From NCBI GenBank assembly GCA_043228905.1, contig JBHGNT010000014.1, positions 14,756,001 through 14,820,000 on the forward strand: a stretch of DNA of 64,000 nt, written 5' to 3'. The stretch is from Azolla caroliniana. Its lineage: Eukaryota > Plantae > Polypodiophyta. A program made the translations under genes and the position numbers. Below are positions 36,416 through 49,352 of this stretch, piece after piece (the stretch's first letter is position 1; every line of letters starts with the position of its first letter). The notes below the pieces were generated by a model, which searched no databases, was not told the origin of the DNA, and saw nothing but the letters and a program-made list of their open reading frames with translations.

Positions 36416-39085
36416 TCATTGTTCACCCAAATTGTCCAAAATACTTTGTTCCAGAGTTTCCAATTGTTCTTCCGGTTGTGGTTGTTGCGGCTGTGCTTGC
36501 TGCTGCTGCTGTGGTTGCGGTTGGGACTGAGACTGCTCCGGCTGCTCTATAGGCGGCTGCTCCGTTTGTTTCTCTGACTCCGGCATCCCCGTTTGACTGC
36601 TTCCGGTCCGGTCTCCTTCCAGTAACGGTTCCTCATCACTGAGGTTGACCGTAACCGGTTCTCGTGCTTTCTCTTCCCGGATCCGAGACCTCTCGTAGCT
36701 TTCAAACTGGATCTGCGCCTCCAGCCTGTCGTCGTCCAGCTGAGCTACAAGTTGCCGGACTTGCCCTAGTTGGTCCTCTGCCAAGGCTTGAAAGTCTTCG
36801 GCCAGCTCATCTCTTATGCCGGTGAAGTCTTCGGAAGTCAGCATATAACAATCATCCCCCTCCTTCCGCCGGTTCTCTACGTCGGCCCGGAGCAATTGGA
36901 GTTCTGCCGCGTTCGGGGCCCACTTGGTCCACCATTTGACGGAACCGTTGTCAATCAAGCTCTTGGTCTGGTTCAACCAGGCCCGCATGATATCCTGGAT
37001 GCGACTTGCTCCCATTTGCGCTCTACTTTCCACAACTTGTCGTTCCTCCTTCAACTGATTGATGAGATTAGCCGTATCCTCCGCCTGCTCTTTGTAGCGC
37101 GTCAGCTGCCCTTGATATGTTGTTTGCAGCTTATGCAGTACCGCCGCCGCTCTTTCTTTTTCCGCCTGCTGTTGCCTGAGGAGCTCTGTCCGAACCTTCT
37201 CTGCCTCTTCCAACCGTCTTCTGGTTTCCGCTTGTTCATTAGCGTATGCCGTTGCGGTCCGATCAACTGCTTGCCGGAGCTCATCCGTCCGTTCCTTGTG
37301 CTCCGTTTGCATCCGTTTATACTCCCGGTGCAAGTGCTCAAATTCCTCCGTTTTTTGTTTGAGCTTGCCGTTGATCTGGCGATGGTTCCGGTCCTCCCGG
37401 TCCTTTAGCTGCCGGAGTTCCTCTTTCAGGCGCTCTACTTCTGTTTCGGCGTTTCTCCGGAGCCTGTCCTTCTCTTGCAGCATTTTCTCCTTCTCCTCCT
37501 TGAGCCGGTCGTACGCTTGGTGGCCTTTTCGTAAGCTCTCCTCGGCCCAGCGTAGATTCTCAGCAGTCTTTTTAAGTTCTGCCTCCGCTGCCGTCTTCAA
37601 CTCTCTTTCGCGGCTCCTCAGCGCTTCTTGGGCAGCTAGCTCATCCTTTAAGTCCGCAAGCTCTTGGGCTTGTGCCGCATTTCTCTCCGGAACGGTTTCC
37701 GTTGCCGGGGTCTGATTGCTATGTACAGGTTGATCTGACGCTTTATTCTGTACATTGCCCGAAGTCACCGGTGCTTGGACTTGTGTTGTCAAAGCCAATT
37801 GAGCCATTTCCCTTGTGACCTTGTCCAAGTCTTGTTCAAGGCTCCGGATTCTGGACCGGGCCGTCTCTAGATCTACGGTTGTGACGAGCAACCGTTCGTG
37901 GTGCGCTCTCTCCTCCGCCTCTATGTACTCGACCGCTCCGGCGATCTGCTCGCCTACCCACCGTAGCCACATGCTACTGGTGCCTTGCTGCTGTACTGGT
38001 CGGGTCGGCTCGTTCACTGTGGAATTGTCTGGCCTGAGTGCCTGTATCTGCCGTTCTGGTTCTACTCCTTGGCCGCTGTGTGTGCTGGCTGGGCTCGCCG
38101 GCTGTTGAGTTCCGGTTCTCGCCGTCTCCGGAGCCGTTGGAATGACTTCTTGTATAGAAGTCGACAAGGCCGGTTCTATACGCACCGGTTCCGGTTCCTC
38201 CCTTGCGGTTTGCTCAGGTTGAGTTGGGGGCGTTTCTTCCTTTTGCGGGTCCGAACACTCCCCCGCTGTCCCGGCGGTCCCACTTCTTGACCGTCGTTGG
38301 AGGTGCTCTACTGGCTCCTCCGTTTCCTCTTCCTGGGTAACGGCATGTATCTGTGCCGTCAAGGGTTCCGGTTCCTTCTGTCCCGGTCGCCGTATGGTTA
38401 TCTTAACGGGTCGGACCGGTGACACCTCCTCCGGTTCTGGGAGCCGTTTCTTCCCTTTCGTCGCCTTCGACGCCAGCAGCTGCTGTCGTTTGGACGCGGG
38501 CTTCGAGGTGCTTCCTTCCGATAATCTTGGCCGCTTCTTTGGCTGAACGGTCTCGACCGGCGGCGCGAGCAATGTTATCCACTGAGCTACGGCATGCCAC
38601 AGCTTCCGGCCCTCCTTGCCGTCCTTTCCTCGTACCGTGTCGATTGCCGCGCACAAACCGTCTGCAATCAACACCGGCCAATCCACCTTGATCCCTTCAT
38701 AGGTGGCTATGATCATCCCTGCCCGATTTTTTGGCATGACAGGGGGTCGGGGGTACACGTGGCCGTACTCATGGAGCACTCGAGCTATCTCCCTGAATAG
38801 CGGATCTTCGCCGCCCTACGTTCGATAGCCTTTGCCGGCTAGAGAGTACTCACCGAAATATCGGATGAGTTGCTCCGAGGTTGGGTTATCGATCTGAAAA
38901 ATACCTCCCTCCGGAAGGCCTGTTAGCGCACGGATCGCTTCCTCGGTGATGACTTCTGTGTCGAGCTCCTTGATGACCCGGTCAGCTTCTTTGTGCGGTG
39001 GTGCCTCCATGATGGTCAAGAACCCATCCAGTCCGTGTTGCCTGAGCCATTTCCTGGCCGCTTCCGACAACGTTTGTGGGTCCAT
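36416..39085 (-). pseudogene. extra sense ORF downstream of pol in gypsy G (~890 codons, one in-frame TAG at 38816-38818): globular N-terminus plus long coiled coil
   Basis: MDPQTLSE..ITEEAIRALTGLPEGG..KVDWPVLIADGL, then a P/E/T-rich linker and an E/K/R/Q heptad-rich region (ORF 36416-38779). Confidence 0.8.
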
Positions 39086-39460
39086 GTCTGCTTCGAGGTC
39101 GAGGAAAGATGGCGAGGTAGAGTGGTGATGAGAGTGAGAGCGAGAGAGAGAGAGTTCCGAACGTGGGGGTTCTCTGAGTGCAGGTTCGCGTTTGCTAAGC
39201 TTCCACCGCCTTGGTGCTTCTGTGCTTCTTGGCTCGCGAAATGAAAAGGTCTCCATGCGTTCTGCTTTTTCTCTGTGCGTCTTGGCGCCTTTTTCGAGCA
39301 TGTGCACGTCGTGTACCAATTTAGTATTAAGTAATGTGGCGGCTCTTAAATGCCCACTTCGTACCTTTTCGCTCCTTGCTTTCACATCTGTTCATACCTC
39401 GATTTTTAATGATTTCTTTTTTTTTTTTCTTTTTTTTTTCTTTTAATGACGGATGTGATC

Positions 39461-42400
39461 TTACACATCCGTAGGTCCCTTCGGACCCTTACCGTTTTCC
39501 TTACGGGTTGCTGTGTCTTCCTTCGCCTCTGCTACGGGTTCCCCGTCGTCTTTTTCTTCCATCCGTACCGTTCCCGGACAGGTTCCCGGTATAGTGCCAG
39601 TGGGCTGCATAAACGGGTTACTTGGCATCGGTCCTTTATAGGGCTTTAGTCTAAATCCGTTGACCCACTTGCCTAGCACTTCACCGGCAAGTGTCCCTAA
39701 CTGATAGGACCCGTTGTATTCCCGTGTCAGCCAATACGGGCATGTCCATCTAAACCGGAGTTTACCCGGCATCTTGCCCATCCTCGTTTGGAATACTAGC
39801 ACCGGCTTTCCGATTTCGAACATCTTTTCATTACCTTTCCGGTGACGGTCAACGAACGCTTTTCGTCGTCGTTGCTCCAGTTCCATGTGTAGGATGTTGG
39901 CTAGCCATTGCTCCTCCAGTTCGCATAGTGCTGCTAGCCGCATTTCCTCCGACTCCTTGTTCATTTAGCCGTTCCCGTAGTTGGATCCGTAAGCTTGGTA
40001 CCTGAAATTCCACCGGCATGACCGCCTCTAAGCCGAACGCTAACCGGAACGGCGTTGTCCGGATACTTGTTTTGTATGCCGTTCGGTACGCCCATAGCGC
40101 GCTATGGAGCTTTGTATCCCAGTCCGTCCGGTTTTCATTGACGATTTTGCGGAGAATGTTCTGGAGCGTTTTGTTGGTTGACTCTGCTAACCCGTTTGCT
40201 TGTGGGTAGTACGGTGTGCTCCGTTTATGGACCACGGCATAGAATGTTGTTAAGCTTTCAACTACCTGGCCGAGGAAGTGCCCTCCTTGGTCGCTGATTA
40301 ATTCAATCGGACATCCATATCGGCACCAAATGTTCTCGTACAGGAATTTTGCTATGGATGACGCGGTGTTGTCTCTCAAGGCCTTAGCCTCCACCCATTT
40401 AGTGCAATAATCTGTTGCCACGATGACATAACGATTACCCGTTCTCATTGCCGGTGGCTTGAACGGTCCGACAAAATCCAACCCCCACTTCTGGAATGGC
40501 TCTAGTGGAAGTACCGGTTGGTGTGGCATCCGTGCTTGCTCCGTAGGCTGGCCCATTCGTTGGCATAGGTCACATTCCTTAGCATACTTGACGGCGTCTT
40601 TTAACGTCGTGGGCCACCATAAGCCGCTCTGCCATACTTTCCTTGCCGTCACTTCCCCGGCATAGTGTTTTCCGGCAACCCCACAGTGTGCTTCCCGTAA
40701 GATTACTTGTTTCTCGTCACTACGGACTGCTCGTCTCCATATTCCATCTGCTCCCTTGTGGTAGAGAGTGTCCCGTAACAGACAGAAATTGCGGCTCTGC
40801 ACCGCCAGTCGTTTCCTCTCGTCCCGGTTCATTTCCTCCGATGGCAGGCCCGTGCTTAGGAACTGGTGCATGTTTGTCAGCCACCTATCTTCTGATGCCA
40901 CCGTGTCGTCCGCTGTCGTTTTCGGGGTGATACGGAATAACTCTGCATCCGGGAATTCATCCGATACTCCGTCGCCTGATTCTCCGGACTCTAACCGGCT
41001 CAGGTAGTCTGCTACGGCATGCTAGATACCGGGCCGGTGGAAGATCTCGAATTCGAACTCCTGCAACAGCAAGGTCCAACGGGCCAACTTACCGGTCAGG
41101 GACGCCTTGGACACTAAGTAAAGGAGCGCCGAGTGATCCACATGAAAGGAGAACTTCCTTCCCAATAGGTAATGACGAAACTTTGTGACACTGTAGATCA
41201 TGCCCAGGGCCTCCCGTTCCGTAGTCGAATAGTTCTTCTCCGCTTGGGACAGCTTCCGGCTGGCGTAATATACCGGCCGGTACCATTTGGGTTCCGTAAG
41301 TTGCATTAAGGCGCTGCCGATAGCGATGTCGGAAGCGTCAACGAACACATGAAATTCCTTGCTCCAATCCGGAGGCTGCACGACGGGTGCTTGCGACAAA
41401 AGTACCTTCAGGGCATTGTATGCCTTATCCTCCGTATCCGTCCATTGGAACGGTGTCCGATGTACCGCGGTGTGTAATGGTGTAGCCAAGTCAGCCTAGT
41501 GACGGAGCATCCGGCTGTGCCACCGGATCTGTCCTAAGAATCGGCTTAGTGCTTTGGCTGTTTTCGGCGCCGGTGCCCCTAGTATCGCGTTTACTTTGTC
41601 CGGGTCGACCGCAATGCCCTCCTTACTTACAATGTGTCCCAGTAAGATTCCACTTGAAACCCCAAAGATGCATTTTGCTGGGTTTAAGCTTAGCCGGTAT
41701 AACCTACACTTTTCAAGGCATAACCGTAGGTGCTGCAAATGGTCTTTTTCCCAGCTATAGACTGCAAAGTCATCCAGGAAAACCTGCATGAAGGCTGGAA
41801 TGTATTCGCCGAAGATCTCCATGATGATTTGCTGGAAAGTTGTTGGTGCCGTTTTTAGTCCGAACATCATTACTACGGCCACAAACACCCCCCATTCGGT
41901 TACGAACGTTGTCTTCTCCTGGTCGTCAGGGTGCATCCGGATTTGATTGTATCCGCTGAACCCGTCTAAAAAGCTATAAACTTCATGGCCGGCGACGGCA
42001 TCCAGTACTCCATCTGTGAACGGAAGAGGGAATGCATCCGTAATTGTGGCTGCATTTAGTTTCCTGTAATCTACACACACGCGGATTTTACCGTTCTTCT
42101 TTGGGACGACGACGATGGGGCTCAGCCACGTCGCTTTCTTTACCGGCCGGATGAAGCCCACTCTTAGGAGTTTGTCGATTTCCTCCTTCACTTTGGCGGC
42201 GTAGTTGGGGTTCATTCGGTAACGTCTTTGCGCCACTGGTTTCGCGTCCTTGCCTAAGTGGATCTGATGCTGATATAATTGAGGGTCCAGCCCTCGCATG
42301 TCTTCGTATGACCAGGCGAATACGTCGCGAAACTCCGTGAGAAGTTTGATCATCGCCGCTTTATCTTCCGGCTTCATTTCTTTGGCGATGTGTACCGGCT

Positions 42401-45332
42401 TTGATTCGTCCTTGCTTCCTAGGTTCACTTCGTCGAGCTGGGATGTTTTTACCCGTTGGGAAACGGCCATTTCCCGTTCCAACGCTTCCTGTGCTTGCCG
42501 TAATTCCCGAATCGAATCTTTGTCTGGTTCGGCTTCGGTTTCGTCCCGCTGCGGCAAGTATGGCGCTATGGCTTCAGCCACGTCAATCTCGAAGAGTGGT
42601 ACGATCTTCGGGTGTTCCTCCAAGTACTGGGCTTCTTCGTCGTCTGCCAACCCTTCAAGCATGTTCACGCATTCCGCATACAGTGGTGTGCATTCCTTAC
42701 CGTTGCTCGTCCGTGGTTGTGTTGGTACCCGGACCTTGGCTTTTCCGCGCCGGAAGGTAATCATATTTTTCCGCCAATTTTGCTTGATGTGTGCTGTTTT
42801 CAACCATGGTCTGCCCAGCAACAGTGGGTACGCGCCTTGCGCTTGTAGCTGCAGCACTACAGCCGAGATGTGAAATGTGTGACCTCCTATGGTGACTTCC
42901 AATTTCCGTATTAAGCCCGTCGGCCGTACAGAGCTCGTATCCGCCATCCGTAGCCAGAACGGACATGGCTCCCATTCATGTATACCCAAGGCATCACACG
43001 TGCGGAGACTTATTACGTTCACCCCGGAACCTCCATCGATTACTGTGCCGGGAAGTTCGTGCCCTTTGACAATAGCTGTAATCACCGGACTACTAGTGTC
43101 CACCACCGTCGGTCCCTCCTCCGGATTCGAGAAGAGGACTGGTGCCGGTGGGGCTATACCGTCTGTCATGACCGTTTTTAGTCCTTCCGTAAATCGCGGC
43201 ACGAGCTGCAAGAGTCTTCCTAATGGCAACGTGATCTGACATTCTTGCAGTGCTTGCCATGTCTCGTTTTCTGCGTGGCTACCGCCGGCACTCCCTATGG
43301 TATTCGCCTTTTGCCGTTCCGCGTCCGCGACGTTCCTTTCATTGGCTTCCTTCACCCATTCCGTCGCCTGTTTTCGTATGGCCTCTTGTGTTTCCCACTC
43401 TTTGGCCATGCCTTTCGACCGTGTGGTTACTTGCTGTACATCCGCCACTTCCGGAACCACCATATTAACTGCTGGTCGTTTATCGTAGCTCTTTGCCGGG
43501 CACTGGTTACTGTAGTGGCCTTCCTGCCTGCAGTAGTAGCAGTACTCTTTACGGGTATTGCTGGATTTAGCATTGCTGGTAGCCGGAGTCGGTCCCGTAG
43601 TGAGTGGTGCGTTCTGTGCCGGTTGGCTCCTTGGGGTTCCATGTTCCGGGTCCCTAGGGTGACCACCTTTCTTGAAATTACGTTTCTTATTATTCTTATT
43701 TTTATTTCGGTAGTCCTGTCGTGGTGGATCGTAAAATCGGCCGTAGTCCTCCTGGTGCCTTCGGTAACCAGGGGAATGGTCTCTGTCGTATTGCTCGTGT
43801 CGTCTGTTGGACTCCCGATAACGGTCCGATCGCTCATACCGGTCGTAGTTATCATGCCGATCCCCGTACCGGCCATCATTCTCTTGTCTGTCTCCGTACC
43901 AGACATCCTGTGCCGGTCGGTACCAGTTCGTTCTTTGCCAACGATCTTCATCTTCGTCTCGGCTGCTTCTTGGCTCGATCCGTCAGACGGGTGGTGCTTG
44001 TCGGTTTAGCAGGTTATACTCGCACCGGTCCGTTGTATGACTCTTGGATTGACAAATCACACACTGGGTTCACATGGTGCACTCCACTACCGAGTGTCCG
44101 GCATTCAAGCAGATTGTGCATTGAATTGCCTGCCGGAACCGGAGATCTTCATCGGTGGGTAACGCCCATTGCAGTGCTCCCAGTGTAAGCCATGAGCTTG
44201 ACTTTTCCATTTCTCTGACCCGGTCAATGACCTGGTCAATGGTGCTTCCTCGAAAGTTGATCACCGTACACACCGTGCGTAACGGTTCCCGGAGTGCGTT
44301 TAAAAATATCGTCCGTAATTCCTCCTCCGGGGGTGCACGGGCAAGCTGGCTATGCATTCGTTGGAAACGGATGACGAATTGGGGAATGCTTTCCCCTGCC
44401 TCCTGTCGGATCGTATAAAACAGGCCCACCATCGTCGTCTGGTCGACCTCCTTGTGGAAAAAATGCAAGAATTTTGCTTTTAATTCTGCAAAGGTTGTGA
44501 TGGTCGCCGGGTCCTGCGTCCGCCGCCATCGTGCCGCTGGTCCTTCCAACGTGACCCCGAATTCCGCTATCTTCGAGCGTTCTTCTTCCTCCGGTGTCAA
44601 TCGCTGGGATGCGTGATTTGCTTCCCATGTCTACTCGAAGGCATGAACATGCGCTTCCGCGTCCGGATCATCGCGATACTTTGAGTATTGGAACGGCATG
44701 TCGTCGTCCAGTATTAGGCCGCGGTTTAGTGGCGTTTGTCGATATCTTTCCGGTTTTCTCTCCTGTTCCACTTCCGGTTCTTTTTCCGGTTCTTTTTCCG
44801 GTTCTTTTTCCGGTTCCTTCACCGGCTCTTCTTCCGGTTCCTTCACCGGCTCTTTCGTTGGTGTCGGTGGCTTTGCTTCTTCCACTTCCGGTGTTGGTGG
44901 GTTGACGGCTTCCGTTTGCGGTTCCGGATAGCCCTGGTCGAACGGTTCCGGTTCTGGAGTCGGCACGGTATCCGACCCGTCGTCCTCCGGGCCGCCGGGG
45001 GTATCGTTGCTGCTCCGGTAGTTCGTGTGCACGCTGTATCCCCCTTCGGAATCCGATTCGTAGGCTGAAAAGGCTTCTGCCTCGTTTTCTCCGCTTGCCA
45101 GCGCCTCGAGGAGGCGTTCGGTTTCCCGGAGACTACTTAGACCGCTTCCGTCGTCCTGGTCGCGAGTTTGCTGTAACCGAAGAGATTCCTCCGCGACTCT
45201 CCGGATCTCGTTGGAGAATGAACGATCCGAGCGAATTTCGTGCGCTGCTTGCTGGAAAGTCTCACGCCGTCTTTGCCGTTCGGCGAGGCGTCGAGCTCGG
45301 TCTGTAACCAGGTCGTGCGTTGGTCTAGTCAT
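39461..45332 (-). pseudogene. gypsy G gag-pol (three CCHC knuckles, PR, RT, RH, IN) with point stops and one frameshift
   Basis: VIDGGSGVN; CVDYRKLN..LDGFSGYNQI..MFGLK..FLDD; VDASDIAIG..EREAL; H..H..C..C, GLDFVG, SDQG, YYPQANG. Confidence 0.95.
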
Positions 45333-48300
45333 CCATTAAGCCGTCGTTCGCTGCGAGAAAGCAGGAATCGTGGTCGCCAAAACTGTGTTGTTCTCTGATC
45401 GGACAAGGCCTAACACAAGGTGTCACGGAGACACTTCACCAAAGGGTGATTACAGCATAGGATTATGACTCAACGATTACACCGACTTAAGTAGGTTACA
45501 CGATTAGAGCGCTTTTGTTAATTACACGCGTAAGATATAATAGTAATTACAGAACGGAAATCAACACAAAAGTATAAACACCATACGCTCTATTAATTAT
45601 CCGCTCCGATTACAATGGGGTCCGGGCCTTTAAATAGGTTTCCGGCCCGTAGTACAAAACGGTGCCTATCACACCTATTCGGGATCCGTCCGGATCTGGA
45701 ACGGCATACCGTTTCCAGTCCGTCCGTCCATACTATGCTTATTTACAACCATACTTAATTAATTCCTTCACTCCATATTTTGGACTCCTTGCCGGCCGGT
45801 AACACTCTTCATGGGAAACTTTCGTTACAACCGTGTGCAATGCTTCAACAGATGCCGTTAAGTACTCCAAAGTCACGAGCGCAATCCTGACTGAAGTAGC
45901 TCGGAGAAAGTCTTTCGCCAAAGACTCAGCAGATGAAGCTTACGTAATACAAGGTTCGACCGACCGATCGAACAACCGGGGAAGAAGTTCTTCCCGACCG
46001 CCGAACAATCAGCGAAGCCGGAGCAAGTCCCATGACAACCGAATCTACAACTACTACAAGAAACCGGGACACATCAAAGCCGACTGTCGGGCACTCAAAG
46101 CAAAAACCGACAAAGCTCAGAGAGCGGATCAGAAGAGTAGCCGGCATGAGGAGGTCAACTACGTCGGCTCTTCAGCCAAAATTTTGACGACCGACCCGAA
46201 CATACTGTCCATAGAGAACCCAGTCGAATCAGAAGTTCTGCTTACGACTAAGGAATCGAGCACATGGCTCTTGGACTCGGGCGCATCGTATCATGTGACA
46301 CCTCACCAATCTCAATTTCGGCAATACTCGGACCGGCAATCCGACTCAATTCGAGTCGGAAACTTGCAACACTGTGCTATAATCGGAATCGGCACCATAG
46401 AGCTCAATCTTCCAGGAGGCTCTACACTCGTACTACACAACGTCTGACACATTCCTGAGCTTTCAAGTCCCTTGATCTCAGTCGGACAACTTGACGATGC
46501 TGGCATCCGTGCCGGATTCTCATCAGGAGGGTGGACACTCCACAAAGGGAACCTCCTGCTTGCTCGAGGACCAAAGGTACATTCCTTGTATCCTTTATAT
46601 GTCACACTCAAAGAGGGTGACTTATTTTTGGTTGATATCCCCGTGTCATCGTTATGGCACGGACGACTTGGACACCTCAGCAAGGCCGGCATAACGCACC
46701 TATCCAAAGCCGGTTACATCCTCAAACTCTCCTTCTCGGATCACCAATTCTGCGAGCATTGCCAGTACGGCAAACAGGTAGTCGCATCACATCCAACATC
46801 AGCACCGAGAGAATCAAGTCCCCTCAATTTGGTCCACTCGAATGTCTATGGCCCGATGCCACATCAGTCTCTCAGTGGTGCTTCATACTTCGTCAGTTTT
46901 ATTGACGACTCGACTTGGAAGGTGTGGGCTTAGCCCATCAGAACCAAAGATCGGGTGTTCTCGATCTTCTTCGAATGGCTTGCAATGGTCGAAAATCAAA
47001 CCGGTCGGAAACTGAAATGTCTCCGAACTGACAATGGAGGAGAATTCAAGTCTAAAGAATTCGTCAAATTCTGTCGGGAACGAGGCATTCGATGTGAATA
47101 TACGACACCCTATAGTTCGGAGCAGAACGGAATTCTTGAACGCATGAATCGGACGATTCAAGGATTCAAGAACGCATAGTATCCATGCTCCAACACTCCG
47201 GACTGTCGGATGGCTTCTGGGCGGACGCTCTACTTACAGCAGTACACATAATAAATATGTCACCAAGTAGACCTCTAGGACTTCAAATACCTCAAGAAAT
47301 ATGGACCGGCAGTAAACCGAATTATGACAAACTAAGGATCTTTAGTTGCGAGGCGTATGCTCTCATACCGAAAGACGACCGCCAGAAACTCAAACCAAGG
47401 TCAAGGAAATGTGTTTTTCTTGGATATGGACCCGACGATGAGATCGGATACTGACTCTGGGACCCCGAGCACAGACAAATCGTCCGAAGTTCGGATGTCA
47501 TGTTCAATGAGTTGTCTACGCATAAAACGGCCGAAAGGCCTATTGAAGTCCGAAGAGTAATATTTTCCGAAGTGCCAACCCTTCATGAAGGCCTAGTCCA
47601 CAACACGAGATCGGTTTCACGAGTAACCGACACCTCTCGTCCTGAATCCACCGATTCAGCAAAACCGAATGGCTCGGCTCCCAACCATCCGACATTGACA
47701 CCCGGCGCGACTAGTCCAGTTATACCTCGCAGATCCGAGAGACTGTCGCAACCTCCGGAGAGGTAATCTCCTGATGTCTTACGAAACAGGCACCCCGACA
47801 GTGGTACAAGAAGTTCGACGACTTCATCCAATTGGTCGGCTTCTGAAAGAGCGATGAGGACCACTGTCTCTTTACCAAAATAGCTCAAGACATGTCTCCC
47901 GTCTTCCTCATCATCTACGTGGACGACATGCTCCTCTCCGGCCGGCATGCCGGAGAGCTGACCGAACTCGTTCGGAAATTGCGATAGAAGTTTGCCATGA
48001 AGGACCTCGGTCCGGCGAGACACATACTTGGTATGAAAATCAATCAGCATCACGATAAACGACAACTTTTCTTGTCTCAAACCGACTACATCGGACGTGT
48101 CTTGGAACGCTTCAACATGCACTCGGCCAAGTCTACTTCGATCCCACTCCCCATTAACCTTCGGTTGTCTCAGCAAGACTGCCCGACATCCGGTCCGGAG
48201 GGGGAAGATATGAAGTCGGTACCGTATGCACCGGCAATCGGCTCCCTTATGTACGCGATGGTCGCGACACGGCCTGATATTTCTCACACCGTAGGAGTCA

Positions 48301-49298
48301 TCAACAGATTCATGCACAACCCTGGCCGATTGCACTGGAACGCAGTCAAGCATGTGTTCAGATATCTAGCTGGCACAAAAGACCACAACATTCTTTTCGG
48401 CCCGAACTCAACCTCAAGCGTAGTCGGTTACACCAACTCAGACTTCGCCAGCTATGTGGACAGTCGGAAATCAACAACCGGATACTGTTTCAAATTCGGC
48501 AATGGAGCAATCTCGTGGAAGTCGAAACTTCAGGAGTGAACAACCACCTCAACGATCGAAGCGGAATATGTAGTTGCGACCGACGCGGCAAAAGAAGCTT
48601 TATGGCTCGGTCGGCTGGCGCACACGTTCCAACAGGTCGACTCCGACTCGGCTCCAGTTGTCTACAACGACAGTTAGGGTGTTGTTGCTTTGTCAAAAAA
48701 CCCAGTTCACCACAACACCTCCAAGCATATCGACGTTCGATATCACTTCGTTTGGGACTGCATCATTTCAGGGAAAATCGGTCTGAGAAGATATCCACAA
48801 CCGATAATGTCGCAGATGGAATGATCAAGTGTCTTTCGGCGGATCGTTTCTGGTCCCTTCCGCACCAGATGGGCGTAACGAAAAATTGGTCCGGTTAAAG
48901 TCAGACACACAGCACAGGATGGTTTCAGACCACCGACATCGGTTCTCTGAGGATCGACTTTAGCTCTTCTGACCCGACCGATTCGGTCTTCTGCCTTTGG
49001 ATCTTGTCGTCTGACAAAACCGATATGTCCGATAAACCTAAGTTGTATATATACATGTAATTCTTTAGATAACCCATGTATACGCCCATTACGGGGGAGT
49101 GTCGAATACGAGTGTATAATGGCCGTATTCACATTGTCCCCTTGGATAGCCCAAGTTTGGGTTATTTCTGTAAATAGCACAAAGGGTAGTTGCCCTAGGA
49201 CAGTCACTATATAAAGTGACTTTGTAACCTGTTAGTGTTGGTTGGTTGTAATTCTTGTAGTTGTTGCTATTGACAAATAAAATCCTGATTATTTGTGC

Positions 49299-49352
<54 letters not shown>

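Larger units (their letters stand above)
35945..45804 (-). mobile_element. full-length Ty3/gypsy element G (non-chromovirus-like) with an extra 3' ORF
   Basis: 419-bp LTRs 35945-36363 and 45386-45804 (5 differences seen), perfect TSD ctctt, PBS TGGCGACCAC 45370-45379 (tRNA-Arg type). Confidence 0.97.
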
